From Minisyncoccota bacterium (GTDB lineage: Bacteria; Patescibacteriota; Minisyncoccia; Phycocordibacterales; UBA9973), in contig JBAZKU010000001.1 of assembly GCA_041650615.1 (NCBI GenBank), positions 386,360-450,359 on the forward strand: a DNA stretch of 64,000 nucleotides. Reading direction: 5' to 3'. The notes below the pieces were generated by a model, which saw only the letters and a program-made list of their open reading frames with translations, was not told the origin of the DNA and searched no databases. The position numbers and the translations under genes are program-made. Shown in pieces: positions 37,005 through 46,483 of this stretch. The stretch's first letter is position 1. Each line of letters opens with the position of its first letter.

Positions 37005-37490
37005 TTAAATTTTTCTTATATAATTTCTAAAAGGAATTTTTGCCAACCTCAACATTTTTTTTGAAGCTTTTACTATTGGGGTATCTGCGTACTTATCACT
37101 TTCATAAATAACTTCTTTTATTCCATTTTGGATAAGAGTTTTTGTGCATTCATTGCATGGAAACAGAGTACAGTATATTTTGCAATTTGCTGTGGAATTA
37201 TTAGCATTATAAATTGCATTTTCTTCAGCATGGCAGACATAAGCATATTTTGTGTTTTCAAAATCACCTTCTCTTTCCCAAGGAAGATTATCAATCCCAA
37301 TGCCCCTAGGCCAACCATTATATCCGATTCCAAGAACAACATTATTTTTATTAACTACAACTGCCCCTGCTTGAGTAGATGGGTCTGGAGATCTTTCAGC
37401 AATAACATGCGCAATACGCATAAAACATTCATCCCAGGAAATACGCTGTTTGCGAGCTTGTTGTTTTCTTGTTTTAGTAACCTTTTTCAT
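37005..37490 (-). CDS. dCMP deaminase
   Basis: WDECFM, RSPDP.TQ.GA, GYNG, HAEENA, PCNEC. Confidence 0.95.
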   Translation of the reverse strand: MKKVTKTRKQQARKQRISWDECFMRIAHVIAERSPDPSTQAGAVVVNKNNVVLGIGYNGWPRGIGIDNLPWEREGDFENTKYAYVCHAEENAIYNANNSTANCKIYCTLFPCNECTKTLIQNGIKEVIYESDKYADTPIVKASKKMLRLAKIPFRNYIRKI

Positions 37491-37514
37491 ATCATAAATA
37501 TACTCCCAAAAAAC

Positions 37515-37547
37515 AAAAAAGCCAACAGATTTCTCGGTTGGCTTTTT
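37515..37547 (-). terminator. intrinsic terminator after rplK
   Basis: AAAAAGCCAAC...GTTGGCTTTTT. Confidence 0.65.
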
Positions 37548-37559
37548 ATCTAAAAATTT

Positions 37560-37985
37560 TTAATCTTTAACTTCTATCCCCATTGACCGAGCAGAGCCGG
37601 CGATGATGTTGATAGCCCCTTCTTTATCTTTGGCATTCAAATCTTTCATTTTCTTTTCGGCAATTTCCCAAGCTTGAGCTTTGGTGATTTTTCCGACTTT
37701 TTCGGTAGCATTTTTGCCAGAGCCTTTTTCTATTCCTGCCGCTTTTAAAATAAGCCCTGTAGCCGGAGGAGTTTTTATGACGAAATCATAACTTCGGTCT
37801 TCATAAACCGTAATATTTACGGAAACTTTATCCCCCGCCATTTTAGCAGTCGCCGCATTGAATTTGGTAACAAAGTCTCCTATATTTATCCCTGCTTGTC
37901 CAAGCGCAGGCCCCAACGGTGGTGCCGGAGTCGCTTTAGCAGCTTGGATTTGTAATTTTATCTTTTTTGTTATCTTTTTTGCCAT
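37560..37985 (-). CDS. rplK: 50S ribosomal protein L11
   Basis: [24 protein letters not shown]. Confidence 0.98.
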   Translation of the reverse strand: MAKKITKKIKLQIQAAKATPAPPLGPALGQAGINIGDFVTKFNAATAKMAGDKVSVNITVYEDRSYDFVIKTPPATGLILKAAGIEKGSGKNATEKVGKITKAQAWEIAEKKMKDLNAKDKEGAINIIAGSARSMGIEVKD

Positions 37986-38095
37986 CCCAGTACTAAAATT
38001 TTATTTATAATGAATAATCTTAATCTATACTATTTCCCTTTTTTTGTCTATTTTTTTAATTTTACTTAATCAAAAATTTAATACGGGACAGGTAT
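37986..38095. mobile_element. palindromic element abutting rplK ATG
   Basis: CCCAGTACTAAAATTT...AAATTTAATACGGG-ACAGGTAT. Confidence 0.75.
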
Positions 38096-38099
38096 AATT

Positions 38100-38642
38100 T
38101 TAGACCTTTTTTACTTGTAAAAAGTCTAATTCCACCGGAGTCTCACGACCGAATATTGAAACAAGCACTTTTATTTTTCCACGTTCATTATCAACAGAAT
38201 TTACCTTGCCTTCAAGATCTTTAAAAGGTCCATCCACAATCAAAACTGTTTCATCTATGGCAATATCAATATTGTGTTTAATTGTACCTGTATCCATTTT
38301 CTTAAACAGATATTCAACTTCTTCGCTTTTCAATGGAACTGGATTTACTCCAGCGCCGACGAATCCTGTAACCCGTGGAGTATTGCGAACAACATACCAA
38401 GAATCATCTGTCACAATCATATCCACAAGCACATAGCCAGGATAAATTTTTTCCTCCACTTCCACACGCTTGCCCGCTTTTATTTTTATTTTTTTTTCAA
38501 TTGGTACAATAACATTGAAAATTTTGTCATTCATGCCCAGAGAATCAATACGCTGCTTCAAATTGCGAAGAACAACGTTTTCGTATCCGGCATAAGTATG
38601 GATAGCATACCAATTTCTAGTACCTTGTGTTTCTTGTTTCAT
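38100..38642 (-). CDS. nusG: transcription termination/antitermination factor NusG
   Basis: WYAIHTYAGYE, YPGYVLV, NTPRVTGFVG, FGRETPVEL. Confidence 0.98.
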   Translation of the reverse strand: MKQETQGTRNWYAIHTYAGYENVVLRNLKQRIDSLGMNDKIFNVIVPIEKKIKIKAGKRVEVEEKIYPGYVLVDMIVTDDSWYVVRNTPRVTGFVGAGVNPVPLKSEEVEYLFKKMDTGTIKHNIDIAIDETVLIVDGPFKDLEGKVNSVDNERGKIKVLVSIFGRETPVELDFLQVKKV

Positions 38643-38648
38643 GTTAAT

Positions 38649-38834
38649 TTAGAAAGAAATTATTTTTTGCAAGCCTTGTAAGAAAATAAAATCAAAAATG
38701 CCTAAAAAATAGGCTACTAGAACAGATAATACAACCACAATTAGAGTATAATAAATAGTTTGACGTCTGTTTGGCCAAATTACATGTTTTAATTCTGTTT
38801 TTGTTTCTTTTAAATATTCGGTAATTTTTGACAT
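38649..38834 (-). CDS. secE: preprotein translocase SecE
   Basis: ELKHVIWP plus TM helix; upstream of nusG. Confidence 0.95.
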   Translation of the reverse strand: MSKITEYLKETKTELKHVIWPNRRQTIYYTLIVVVLSVLVAYFLGIFDFIFLQGLQKIISF

Positions 38835-38903
38835 TTTTTAAAAAAGCCCCCTTTCAAGGGCTTTTTTAATATTACTCTTTTCTTAGAAATAGTCAACCCA
38901 TGC

Positions 38904-39698
38904 TTACTTTATTTCGTAAGTAATCGTGACATCCGAACTGATTGTATTTTCTCCTTTCGGTATTTCAACCGGAGCCGGGACAGACTCGCTAACACTATCC
39001 ATCGTTGCCTTAGCACTATACATCACTGGATAATTGCCGGACTCGCTAAAGGAAGTAATCTTTCCTAGTCGAACGCCTAAATCTTTAGCCAAAATTTTTG
39101 CTTTTTCTTTGGCATTATCAATTGCTTTTTTTCTGGCTTCTGCTTTTAGTGTATCCTCATTATCTATGGAAAAATTAGGTCCGCTTAAATCAGAAACGCC
39201 TAGCGTGCCAAGTCCCTGCATAATTTTACCTACATCATCAGTATTCCTAACTTTTACGGTTATACTTTCAGATGCGGTATAACCAACAATAACTCTTTTC
39301 TCGGGTCTGGTCGAATAACTATATTCCGTATAGGGTATTGCTGCTTTGGTATTGTATTGATATTCGTATTTTGGATAAAAAGAAGCATTAGTGGTTTTAA
39401 TATCTTTATCAGGAATATTATTCTCTTTCAAAAAATCCAGAGATTTCTTCTCAATTTCTGCAACCAGAGTTTGGGCTTCTTTGACTGTTTTAGCATCTTG
39501 ACTGATAGTGAAATAAATATTAGCAATATCGGGAACTGCTGTAACCTCTCCGTGTCCAGAAAAAGATATTGTATTTTCCGGTCTATTGTTATTTTTATTT
39601 TCAGCTAAAAAACTAACCGCAATGGCAACTAAAAAAGCGATTAAGGCAATTTCAAACCCGCGATATAATTTTATTTTGAGTTCCGTTGATATATTCAT
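38904..39698 (-). CDS. SIMPL (DUF541) domain protein
   Basis: SGHGEVTAVPDIA, ARKKAIDNAKEKAKILAKDLGVRLG. Confidence 0.9.
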   Translation of the reverse strand: MNISTELKIKLYRGFEIALIAFLVAIAVSFLAENKNNNRPENTISFSGHGEVTAVPDIANIYFTISQDAKTVKEAQTLVAEIEKKSLDFLKENNIPDKDIKTTNASFYPKYEYQYNTKAAIPYTEYSYSTRPEKRVIVGYTASESITVKVRNTDDVGKIMQGLGTLGVSDLSGPNFSIDNEDTLKAEARKKAIDNAKEKAKILAKDLGVRLGKITSFSESGNYPVMYSAKATMDSVSESVPAPVEIPKGENTISSDVTITYEIK

Positions 39699-39807
39699 CC
39701 CGTTTAGAAATCATACTATTTATACACATATTTTTATATATAAAAATAGTTGATTTATATTAAATTTATAACTTATTCCCGTTTTGTAAATTTCTAACGG
39801 GATTCAT
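39693..39807. mobile_element. MITE-like element at the SIMPL gene start codon (CCCGTTAGAAAT family)
   Basis: ATTCAT-CCCGTTTAGAAAT...ATTTCTAACGGG-ATTCAT. Confidence 0.8.
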
Positions 39808-39845
39808 ATATTTTACCCGCATCACCTACGGGATAATCTATTAAT

Positions 39846-40241
39846 TTAATTAATTTTTAAAATTTCAACCTCAAAATTAATTGTCGCGTTCGGAGGAATT
39901 ACTCCACCTGCCCCAGTCTCCCCATAAGCATCTTCAGGCGGGATTTTGAGAGATTTTTTTTCGCCAATTTTCATCCCCACTATTCCTTTTTCCCAACCAG
40001 GAATAACCTGTCCGGCTCCCAATTTAAAGATAAAAGGCTCTACGTGTCCGAATTTTGGATCAATATTGGAATCAAAAACGGTTCCATCCTCCAATGTTCC
40101 CGTATAATTTACAGAAACAGTATCTCCTACTTTTGTAACTTGTTCTTCTGGCATTGTATTTTTATTATTAATTGTAATAAAGACTAAAATTCCTATAACA
40201 ATAATTACTATCAAAGACCACCAAATTATATTTTTATTCAT
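39846..40241 (-). CDS. FKBP-type peptidyl-prolyl isomerase with N-terminal TM
   Basis: YTGTLEDGTVFDS, VIPGWE, IPPEDAYG. Confidence 0.95.
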   Translation of the reverse strand: MNKNIIWWSLIVIIVIGILVFITINNKNTMPEEQVTKVGDTVSVNYTGTLEDGTVFDSNIDPKFGHVEPFIFKLGAGQVIPGWEKGIVGMKIGEKKSLKIPPEDAYGETGAGGVIPPNATINFEVEILKIN

Positions 40242-40260
40242 ATTTCTCTTTTCAATCTTA

Positions 40261-40282
40261 GGTTGGTCCCGCCTTCAGCGGA
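40261..40282 (+). repeat. REP-like hairpin variant
   Basis: GGTTGGTCCCGCCTTCAGCGGA. Confidence 0.5.
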
Positions 40283-40328
40283 AAAAACCTATCTTATAAT
40301 AATAGGTTAATTATACACGAGAATTTCG

Positions 40329-41342
40329 TTAAATCAAATTCACCTCTTTTTCAAGCATTAAACCGAACTTGGAATAGACTGAAGCGATTATTTGTTCGGA
40401 TAAATTTTTTACTTCTTCTCCGGTAGCTCCGCCATAATTTACCAACACCAATGCCTGACGTTCATGCACACCTACATTTCCTACCCTTTTCCCTTTCCAC
40501 CCGCATTGTTCAATCAGCCAACCGGCTGGAATTTTCATTATTCCATTCTCTTCAAAAAAAGGCATATCTGGATAGGTTAAAAGTAAACTATTTATTTTTT
40601 CCTTTGTCACAAAAACATTTTTAAAAAAGCTTCCGGCATTGCCAATAATGGCAGGATTGGGTAATTTACTTTTGCGTATAAAAGAAACAGCATCGCTTAT
40701 ATCTTTAGAATTTTTGATTTCAATTTTATTTTTTTCCAGATATTCTTGCAAGGCTTTATAATTTATATTTTCATTTCTCTTTTTATCCAATTTCAAGGTA
40801 ACGCTTGCAATAAAATATTTTCCTTTTAATTTATTTTTAAAAATACTTTCACGATAACCAAATTCGCATTCTTTTTTGTTAAAAATCCTTTTTTCTCCTG
40901 TTTCTATTTCATACGCTTCAACATTTTCCAAAACATCTTTCAGCTCCGCCCCATATGCCCCGATGTTTTGCACAGGCGTAGCTCCGACTGTCCCGGGAAT
41001 AAGAGATAAATTTTCAATTCCCCAAAGTCCGCGGTCAACCGTAAATATGACCAAAGCATGCCACATTTCTCCTCCCATGGATTTTATAAAAACATTTTCA
41101 GGAGTTTCATTGATTATTTCTATCCCTTTCAATTTATTTAAAACAACAATTCCGTCAAAATTTTTGGTAAATAAAATATTACTTCCTCCGCCTAAAAATA
41201 ATTTTTCGCTATTTTTAAATTCCGGAGACTCAAAAAGTTCTTTTAAATCAGATTCGTTATTTAATTCAATAAAAAACTTGGCCCGGACAGATATTCCGAA
41301 GGTGTTCAATTTGATTAAATCGTAATTCTTGGCTATTTTCAT
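40329..41342 (-). CDS. murB: UDP-N-acetylenolpyruvoylglucosamine reductase
   Basis: GGGSN, IPGTVGATPVQNIGAYG, GNAGSFFKN. Confidence 0.97.
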   Translation of the reverse strand: MKIAKNYDLIKLNTFGISVRAKFFIELNNESDLKELFESPEFKNSEKLFLGGGSNILFTKNFDGIVVLNKLKGIEIINETPENVFIKSMGGEMWHALVIFTVDRGLWGIENLSLIPGTVGATPVQNIGAYGAELKDVLENVEAYEIETGEKRIFNKKECEFGYRESIFKNKLKGKYFIASVTLKLDKKRNENINYKALQEYLEKNKIEIKNSKDISDAVSFIRKSKLPNPAIIGNAGSFFKNVFVTKEKINSLLLTYPDMPFFEENGIMKIPAGWLIEQCGWKGKRVGNVGVHERQALVLVNYGGATGEEVKNLSEQIIASVYSKFGLMLEKEVNLI

Positions 41343-41362
41343 ATTTTAATTATGACATATTT

Positions 41363-41926
41363 TTACTCCCTAAGCACAATAATAGAATTGCCATTATTAA
41401 GTTTAATGAGTTTTGATGCTTCCCCTTTTAATTCTCCTCCGTCTATGTATAAATCAATAGAATTCCCAAAATATTTTTTTGCCTCTTTGATATTTAGGGC
41501 AGGAGTAATCCCCTCTTTATTTGCGGATGGCGCTAAAAGCGGACCAGTTTTTAAAAGTAAGTTTTGCAAAAACTCAGACAAAGGCAGACGAAATGCCAAT
41601 GTTTTTGTGCCACGGTGTAGGTATTTAAATGAATCATCAGGACAATCTAAAATAACACTCACTGGCCCGGGCCAATATTCTTTAGTTATTTCTTTCTGCT
41701 TTTTAGACAAAACTACTGAAAATTTATTCAGTTCATCAATATTCCCTATTAATATAATACAGGGCTTATCAGGACTTCTTTCACGTATTTTATAAATACG
41801 CTCTACTACATCTTTATTAAAAGCTTTTCCAACAATTCCATAAATAGTATCAGTAGGCATGACTACAACATCATTTTCATTTAAAACTTTTATAAGATTT
41901 TCATCATTCCAAATATTTTCATTCAT
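41363..41926 (-). CDS. tsaC: L-threonylcarbamoyladenylate synthase
   Basis: PTDTIYG, WPGP, APSAN. Confidence 0.93.
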   Translation of the reverse strand: MNENIWNDENLIKVLNENDVVVMPTDTIYGIVGKAFNKDVVERIYKIRERSPDKPCIILIGNIDELNKFSVVLSKKQKEITKEYWPGPVSVILDCPDDSFKYLHRGTKTLAFRLPLSEFLQNLLLKTGPLLAPSANKEGITPALNIKEAKKYFGNSIDLYIDGGELKGEASKLIKLNNGNSIIVLRE

Positions 41927-41934
41927 AAAATGAA

Positions 41935-42372
41935 TTACTTTAATTTAAATTCTCTTTGTTTATTATTCTTATGATTGATATAAATAAATTTTGAATGTTT
42001 CGGCATGGCTTTAGATATTCTTTCCGGCCATTCAATAAAAATTAAATGTTCCTTATTGTTAATAATTTCTTCCCAGCCTAAATGTAACAACTCTTTTTCA
42101 TTTTCCAAACGATAGACATCAAAGTGGAAAAAAAATTTATAATCTTTCAGCCCAATCGGGTATTTTTTCATAATCACATAAGTCGGACTGAAAACTTTGT
42201 CTTTTATTCCGAGATGTTTAGCTATAGCTTTTGTAAACGCCGTTTTCCCGGCACCTAAATCCCCGGAAAGACCCACAATCAAAGCGCCTCGTGACCTTTT
42301 TTCATTTTTTAACAACTTATTAAGAAATATTTTGGCTATTTTTTCGGTTTCTTTTATACTTTTTGAAAGCAT
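41935..42372 (-). CDS. tsaE: tRNA t6A biosynthesis ATPase TsaE
   Basis: GDLGAGKT, SPTY, HFDVYRL, IEW; start revised to MLSKS. Confidence 0.95.
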   Translation of the reverse strand: MLSKSIKETEKIAKIFLNKLLKNEKRSRGALIVGLSGDLGAGKTAFTKAIAKHLGIKDKVFSPTYVIMKKYPIGLKDYKFFFHFDVYRLENEKELLHLGWEEIINNKEHLIFIEWPERISKAMPKHSKFIYINHKNNKQREFKLK

Positions 42373-42432
42373 CGTTTTTATATTAGCACATATGGAGTAT
42401 ATTTTGAAATTGGGGTAATTCAATGAAATAAA

Positions 42433-42465
42433 AAAGGGCTGTCAGTTTATAAACTGACAGCCCTT
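42433..42465 (-). terminator. intrinsic terminator closing the secretin operon
   Basis: AAGGGCTGTCAGTTT-AT-AAACTGACAGCCCTT with T-run on minus strand. Confidence 0.75.
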
Positions 42466-42515
42466 GTTGTTTGTCGTTAACAAAATTTTTTTAAGTTAAC
42501 GAACGATTTAAAGAA

Positions 42516-43853
42516 CTATTGAATGACTCTCGGTGTAACAAAAACTACCAATTCCGTATCTTCTTGCGATTTTTTCAAACCGCCGAATACGGTGCTCCCA
42601 AGAGCCGGTATAGACGAAAGTCCAGGAATCCCATCCGCGTTATCTTGCTTACTCTGCATTAAAAGTCCACCAATGGCAATTGTTTTGCCATTTTCGACTC
42701 TAATAGTTGTCGTTTCCGACCTACGAGCAGTACTGGGAAGATTCTGAGAGCTGCCATTGTTCTCAAATTTTCTTTCCCCGATGATATCGGAGATTTCATG
42801 GTTGAGAACTATTCTCAACATTCCATCGCGAGAAATAAAAGGTTTGACCTTCATTTTGATGCCTGTTTCCACTTCTTTTGTAGTGAAATAGTTATAAAAG
42901 GCACCACCCCCAGAAAGAATTAAGTATAAGTCTTCCTGGGTTATTTTGATCTCCCCTTCACTTCCGTCTTCTACCACTATCCGCGGTTCAGCAATTATGT
43001 TCATCTTGGCTTCATAGCCATTGGCTTTTAATAAATTGCTTAATTGCCCAGTGAGATTTCCCACAAAAATACCGGGGACTTCTTTTTTGAACTCTCCTGT
43101 TCCTAGTGCGCCGAGGTTAATATCCCCCCATTGCATTCCAAGATTAGTCCCCTTGCTCCATTGAAATAAAACAAATCGCACCGAAACTTCAATTTGTCGT
43201 TTTGTTTTATCAATTATAGCAATAACCTTCTCCAATTCATCCAGTACGTCCGATGGTCCAGTTAAAGTTAGACTGTTCCCGGTTTTTGAAGGAGACATAT
43301 ACTGTTTATAATATTCCGAAATTTGATCCACTACTTTTATGGCTTCCTGATTAGTTGTGATAACTCTTGTACTGGAAAGTTGGCCAAAATTCAAATTTTC
43401 TGGGATAGCTTTTCCTACTATATAATAACCTTCCATACAGCGAAAATTAAATCCGCCGACAGAAAGAACCTGAGTAAGAGCAGCCTCCAAAGGGGTATTA
43501 ATAAAGGAAACAGAAATCGTTCCTTGAACCGATTCATCAACAATGATATTGGTTTTCGTCTGTGTAGCAATATCTAATAAAACTTCTTTTATATCAGATC
43601 CGGTGAAAACATTTGTGACTTTGGGCTGAGACTTCAGCCGTTCGTTTCTCTTTTTTTTGATTTCCGAATATTTTTCTTCCGCTTTTTTGGCTTCAGCTGA
43701 TTCAAGCTCTTGAATTTGCTTTGTGGTCAACGTTGGCTGAGACTTGATCGGAAGCATTTTTGGAAGCGCTTCCGGTTTGGTAAGATTGCTTGAGCAACCC
43801 ACCAAAAGAGTGATAGTTGAAAAAATTAACAAACCCATAAATAGGTTTTTCAT
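42516..43853 (-). CDS. secretin (GspD/PilQ family) with lipoprotein signal
   Basis: Lipobox LVGC; N0/STN-like DIKEVLLDIA...VQGTISV; N3 LTLTG...IDKTKRQIEV; C-domain TTIRVENGKTIAIGGL, IPGLSSIPALG, ELVVFVTPRVI. Confidence 0.93.
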   Translation of the reverse strand: MKNLFMGLLIFSTITLLVGCSSNLTKPEALPKMLPIKSQPTLTTKQIQELESAEAKKAEEKYSEIKKKRNERLKSQPKVTNVFTGSDIKEVLLDIATQTKTNIIVDESVQGTISVSFINTPLEAALTQVLSVGGFNFRCMEGYYIVGKAIPENLNFGQLSSTRVITTNQEAIKVVDQISEYYKQYMSPSKTGNSLTLTGPSDVLDELEKVIAIIDKTKRQIEVSVRFVLFQWSKGTNLGMQWGDINLGALGTGEFKKEVPGIFVGNLTGQLSNLLKANGYEAKMNIIAEPRIVVEDGSEGEIKITQEDLYLILSGGGAFYNYFTTKEVETGIKMKVKPFISRDGMLRIVLNHEISDIIGERKFENNGSSQNLPSTARRSETTTIRVENGKTIAIGGLLMQSKQDNADGIPGLSSIPALGSTVFGGLKKSQEDTELVVFVTPRVIQ

Positions 43854-45130
43854 TTAGGCCTCTCTTTCTTTGTGATTTTTTTTGTGATTTTGGATTTTTC
43901 TTCCACTGATAAACTTATTTCTGAAACCAACCCTCTGTCAGGTTTCACAATAATTGTCGTCCTTTTTGGAGACTTACCATCATTGGAAACAATTAGTTTT
44001 ACATCTTTACTCTTCCCTGGTTCAATGGTTAAGCTTTGTGGCTCAACCTTAATCCAAGAATCAGAAACAAAAGAAACATTAATTGGCCGACAGTCGCTGT
44101 TAAAAACTTTGACTACCTTTGTTCTTAATGCTCCGACAGGAATCTGTATATCAACTTTTTTCTCAACAACCAGAAATCCGGTTTTATTTTCGTCAATGTG
44201 AACTTTTCGATTAATTGAGAAGGCTGTTTGGGAAATTGCCTTTTTGACTTTATTCCCATAATCAAACATTACATCAACTACATACTTACCTTTTGGTAAT
44301 TTTTTATCCCAGACTCCGATAAAATTTCTCTCGTCGCCCGGAAAAGTAAATACTTCATCTTTTGGATTTCCCATAGCCAGCAATTTTACCTGGCCGAAAT
44401 TCGTTCTTTTGTCTTCACTTCTGATAATTGCTATACCAGAAACAAAAAGATGAGAATTGCCGATATTTCTGAAAGTCGAAACAATTAGAGTTTTTTCCGC
44501 GAGTTGTTCAAAATTTGGCAACGCGTAGAACAACTGATGATCATCTTTGTAACTACCACTTATTGTCTCGTTTTTGATTTCCTGAATCAATTCTTTATTG
44601 ACAGGGATCATTTCCGCTGAACTAGCCTGAGCTTTTTTTTCATAAATTCTACCCGGCACGTTTAAGATAATGGCAACGTAAATTCTTGATTTGAAATATA
44701 TTGCCATAGGTTTGTCTTTAACCTCTATCCTGGTCGCACCTACTGGTTCAATCATAATAATTGAATAATATTCGCCAGGTTGAGCATTCAGTGGTACAGA
44801 GATTTTAAATTTTAGTTCTTTTTTTTGACCCTCGCTTAAAGCAAGTCTTGTTTCGTCTAATTTAATCCACGATACAGCTGAAAATTTGGAATTACCCATT
44901 TTTTCAAAAGTATAAACACCCATCTTGTTGATTGATAAATCAGTCGGATAAATCATTAGGTTTTCGGTATTCATTCCCTTAGACCCAGTGACAGTTAAAG
45001 TAATATTTTGACTTTGTCCTCTTGGAATTGTTAATTCCACTTTTACAGGACTCACTTTAACAGCCTTAGCTATATTTATCAGCGACAGACAAAAAAACAA
45101 CAATATAATGTTCTTTATGAATTTCTTCAC
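43850..45130 (-). CDS. secreted multi-Ig chaperone-like protein (DUF916/PapD-like)
   Basis: Signal peptide (AKA), VSPVKVEL, WIKL...ISVPLNAQPGEY, FRNIGNSHL, LPKGKY, DYG; GTG start with AAGGAGGT SD. Confidence 0.7.
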   Translation of the reverse strand: MKKFIKNIILLFFCLSLINIAKAVKVSPVKVELTIPRGQSQNITLTVTGSKGMNTENLMIYPTDLSINKMGVYTFEKMGNSKFSAVSWIKLDETRLALSEGQKKELKFKISVPLNAQPGEYYSIIMIEPVGATRIEVKDKPMAIYFKSRIYVAIILNVPGRIYEKKAQASSAEMIPVNKELIQEIKNETISGSYKDDHQLFYALPNFEQLAEKTLIVSTFRNIGNSHLFVSGIAIIRSEDKRTNFGQVKLLAMGNPKDEVFTFPGDERNFIGVWDKKLPKGKYVVDVMFDYGNKVKKAISQTAFSINRKVHIDENKTGFLVVEKKVDIQIPVGALRTKVVKVFNSDCRPINVSFVSDSWIKVEPQSLTIEPGKSKDVKLIVSNDGKSPKRTTIIVKPDRGLVSEISLSVEEKSKITKKITKKERPK

Positions 45131-45140
45131 TTTTACCTCC

Positions 45141-45644
45141 TTAGAGTTTTGTTAGTGTTAGGTTAAGAACAGCCAAATATTCTCCGGCATCATCCGAAAG
45201 TTTGTTGTTGATCGGTTTTGATACTGTCTGAATTTTTAAATCCAAATAAAGATTAAACGGTTGTTCAAGAATAGTTGGAAAAACAGGAATTTCAAGAAGA
45301 ACAATTTGTTCGGCGGTTTTGTTCTCAAATAAAATCGGTTCTGCCATATTCGGAGAATATATTTTCCCTGAAAATAGTATTACTAATTTATCAAAAGAAT
45401 TTTTTCCGCCTGAATTACTTTTTTCTTCTCTGGATAAAACAGGAACAGGACTTCCCGGACTATTGCCGGAAAAAACCACTTTGTGCGGACCAAATAAATT
45501 TTCGGCCAATACAATTCCTATTTTTTCTGAAATTACTACATCTCCCGGCTTGTTAATGTTCGCTAATTTGATTTGTTCTTGCGAAAGCAAGCTGAAAGAA
45601 AAAATAAAAAAACACAAAATAAAAGCGAAACTTTTATTTTTCAC
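45141..45644 (-). CDS. secreted fimbrial-subunit-like protein (minor, 167 aa)
   Basis: GTG start after AAGGAG, signal peptide, C-terminal DDAGEYLAVLNLTL strand. Confidence 0.55.
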   Translation of the reverse strand: MKNKSFAFILCFFIFSFSLLSQEQIKLANINKPGDVVISEKIGIVLAENLFGPHKVVFSGNSPGSPVPVLSREEKSNSGGKNSFDKLVILFSGKIYSPNMAEPILFENKTAEQIVLLEIPVFPTILEQPFNLYLDLKIQTVSKPINNKLSDDAGEYLAVLNLTLTKL

Positions 45645-45704
45645 TATAATCACTCCTTTCTTTATGTGTATTATTATGTCAAAGATCTTATAATTTACTT
45701 GTGG

Positions 45705-45734
45705 ATAATAGCATAATATATACCTAATTGTCAA
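45705..45734 (-). promoter_or_regulatory. sigma70 promoter for minor subunit-chaperone-secretin
   Basis: TTGACA-18 (with TG)-TATTAT on minus strand. Confidence 0.6.
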
Positions 45735-45772
45735 TAGCTTTTAAATAAACTCTTTTAAAGTAAAAAATAAAA

Positions 45773-45796
45773 AAAGCGTTCCAATTGGAACGCTTT
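45773..45796 (-). terminator. terminator after the major subunit gene
   Basis: Perfect palindrome AAAGCGTTCCAATTGGAACGCTTT followed by T-run on minus strand. Confidence 0.7.
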
Positions 45797-45853
45797 ATAT
45801 AAAAACAAGCAAGGGAACAGATAAAGGGAATCAGCAATACAGGGTGAAAAATT

Positions 45854-46483
45854 TTAAAACGCGCCGAGTGTGACAGTCATATTACATGTATAATTACCGG
45901 CGTCGGCCGATTTATCCCATGTGTAGGCAGGGTTGATTAAAGTTTGTCTTACTGGAACAGCTTCACTAGCGATAGTTGCATTAGCCCAAATATTCAGATC
46001 CATTTTAACTTGACCATTGTGCGGTGCTTCGGCATATTGTTTGGTATATGGGAATTGATGAGCTCCCTGAAGCCAAGTGCCATAGAAGAGATTCGATACG
46101 CCGTTGGTCGTAAAATAGATGGAATAAAGAGTCGGAATGACATCATAGCCATTAGAATGCGGTCCAACTTCTTGCCGAGCGAATCGTGGTTTTCCCTGAC
46201 CCGCCGGATTATCACCTGCTACGGTAACTGAAAATGGACAATTAGCATAAGCTATATTCCAACTTTGCGGCGAGGTATTGTAGTACCACTCTTCATTGCC
46301 ATAATAAGACTGATGTGTGGTAGTACCAAGATTCACATTAACCGGGCCGGGCATAGTTTCAATATATTCATTGAGATACAACGACAGATTAATAGTGGTA
46401 CTTTTGGGTGCCTGAGCGAAACAAGTACTTGCGACCAATAAAATAGCCGCCAAAACCGTGAGGATTTTGAATGTCGTTTTCAT
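45854..46483 (-). CDS. secreted fimbrial-subunit-like protein (major, 209 aa)
   Basis: Signal peptide (CFA-Q), beta-rich, ANCPFSVTV, C-terminal ADAGNYTCNMTVTL; ATG after AAAGGA. Confidence 0.65.
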   Translation of the reverse strand: MKTTFKILTVLAAILLVASTCFAQAPKSTTINLSLYLNEYIETMPGPVNVNLGTTTHQSYYGNEEWYYNTSPQSWNIAYANCPFSVTVAGDNPAGQGKPRFARQEVGPHSNGYDVIPTLYSIYFTTNGVSNLFYGTWLQGAHQFPYTKQYAEAPHNGQVKMDLNIWANATIASEAVPVRQTLINPAYTWDKSADAGNYTCNMTVTLGAF

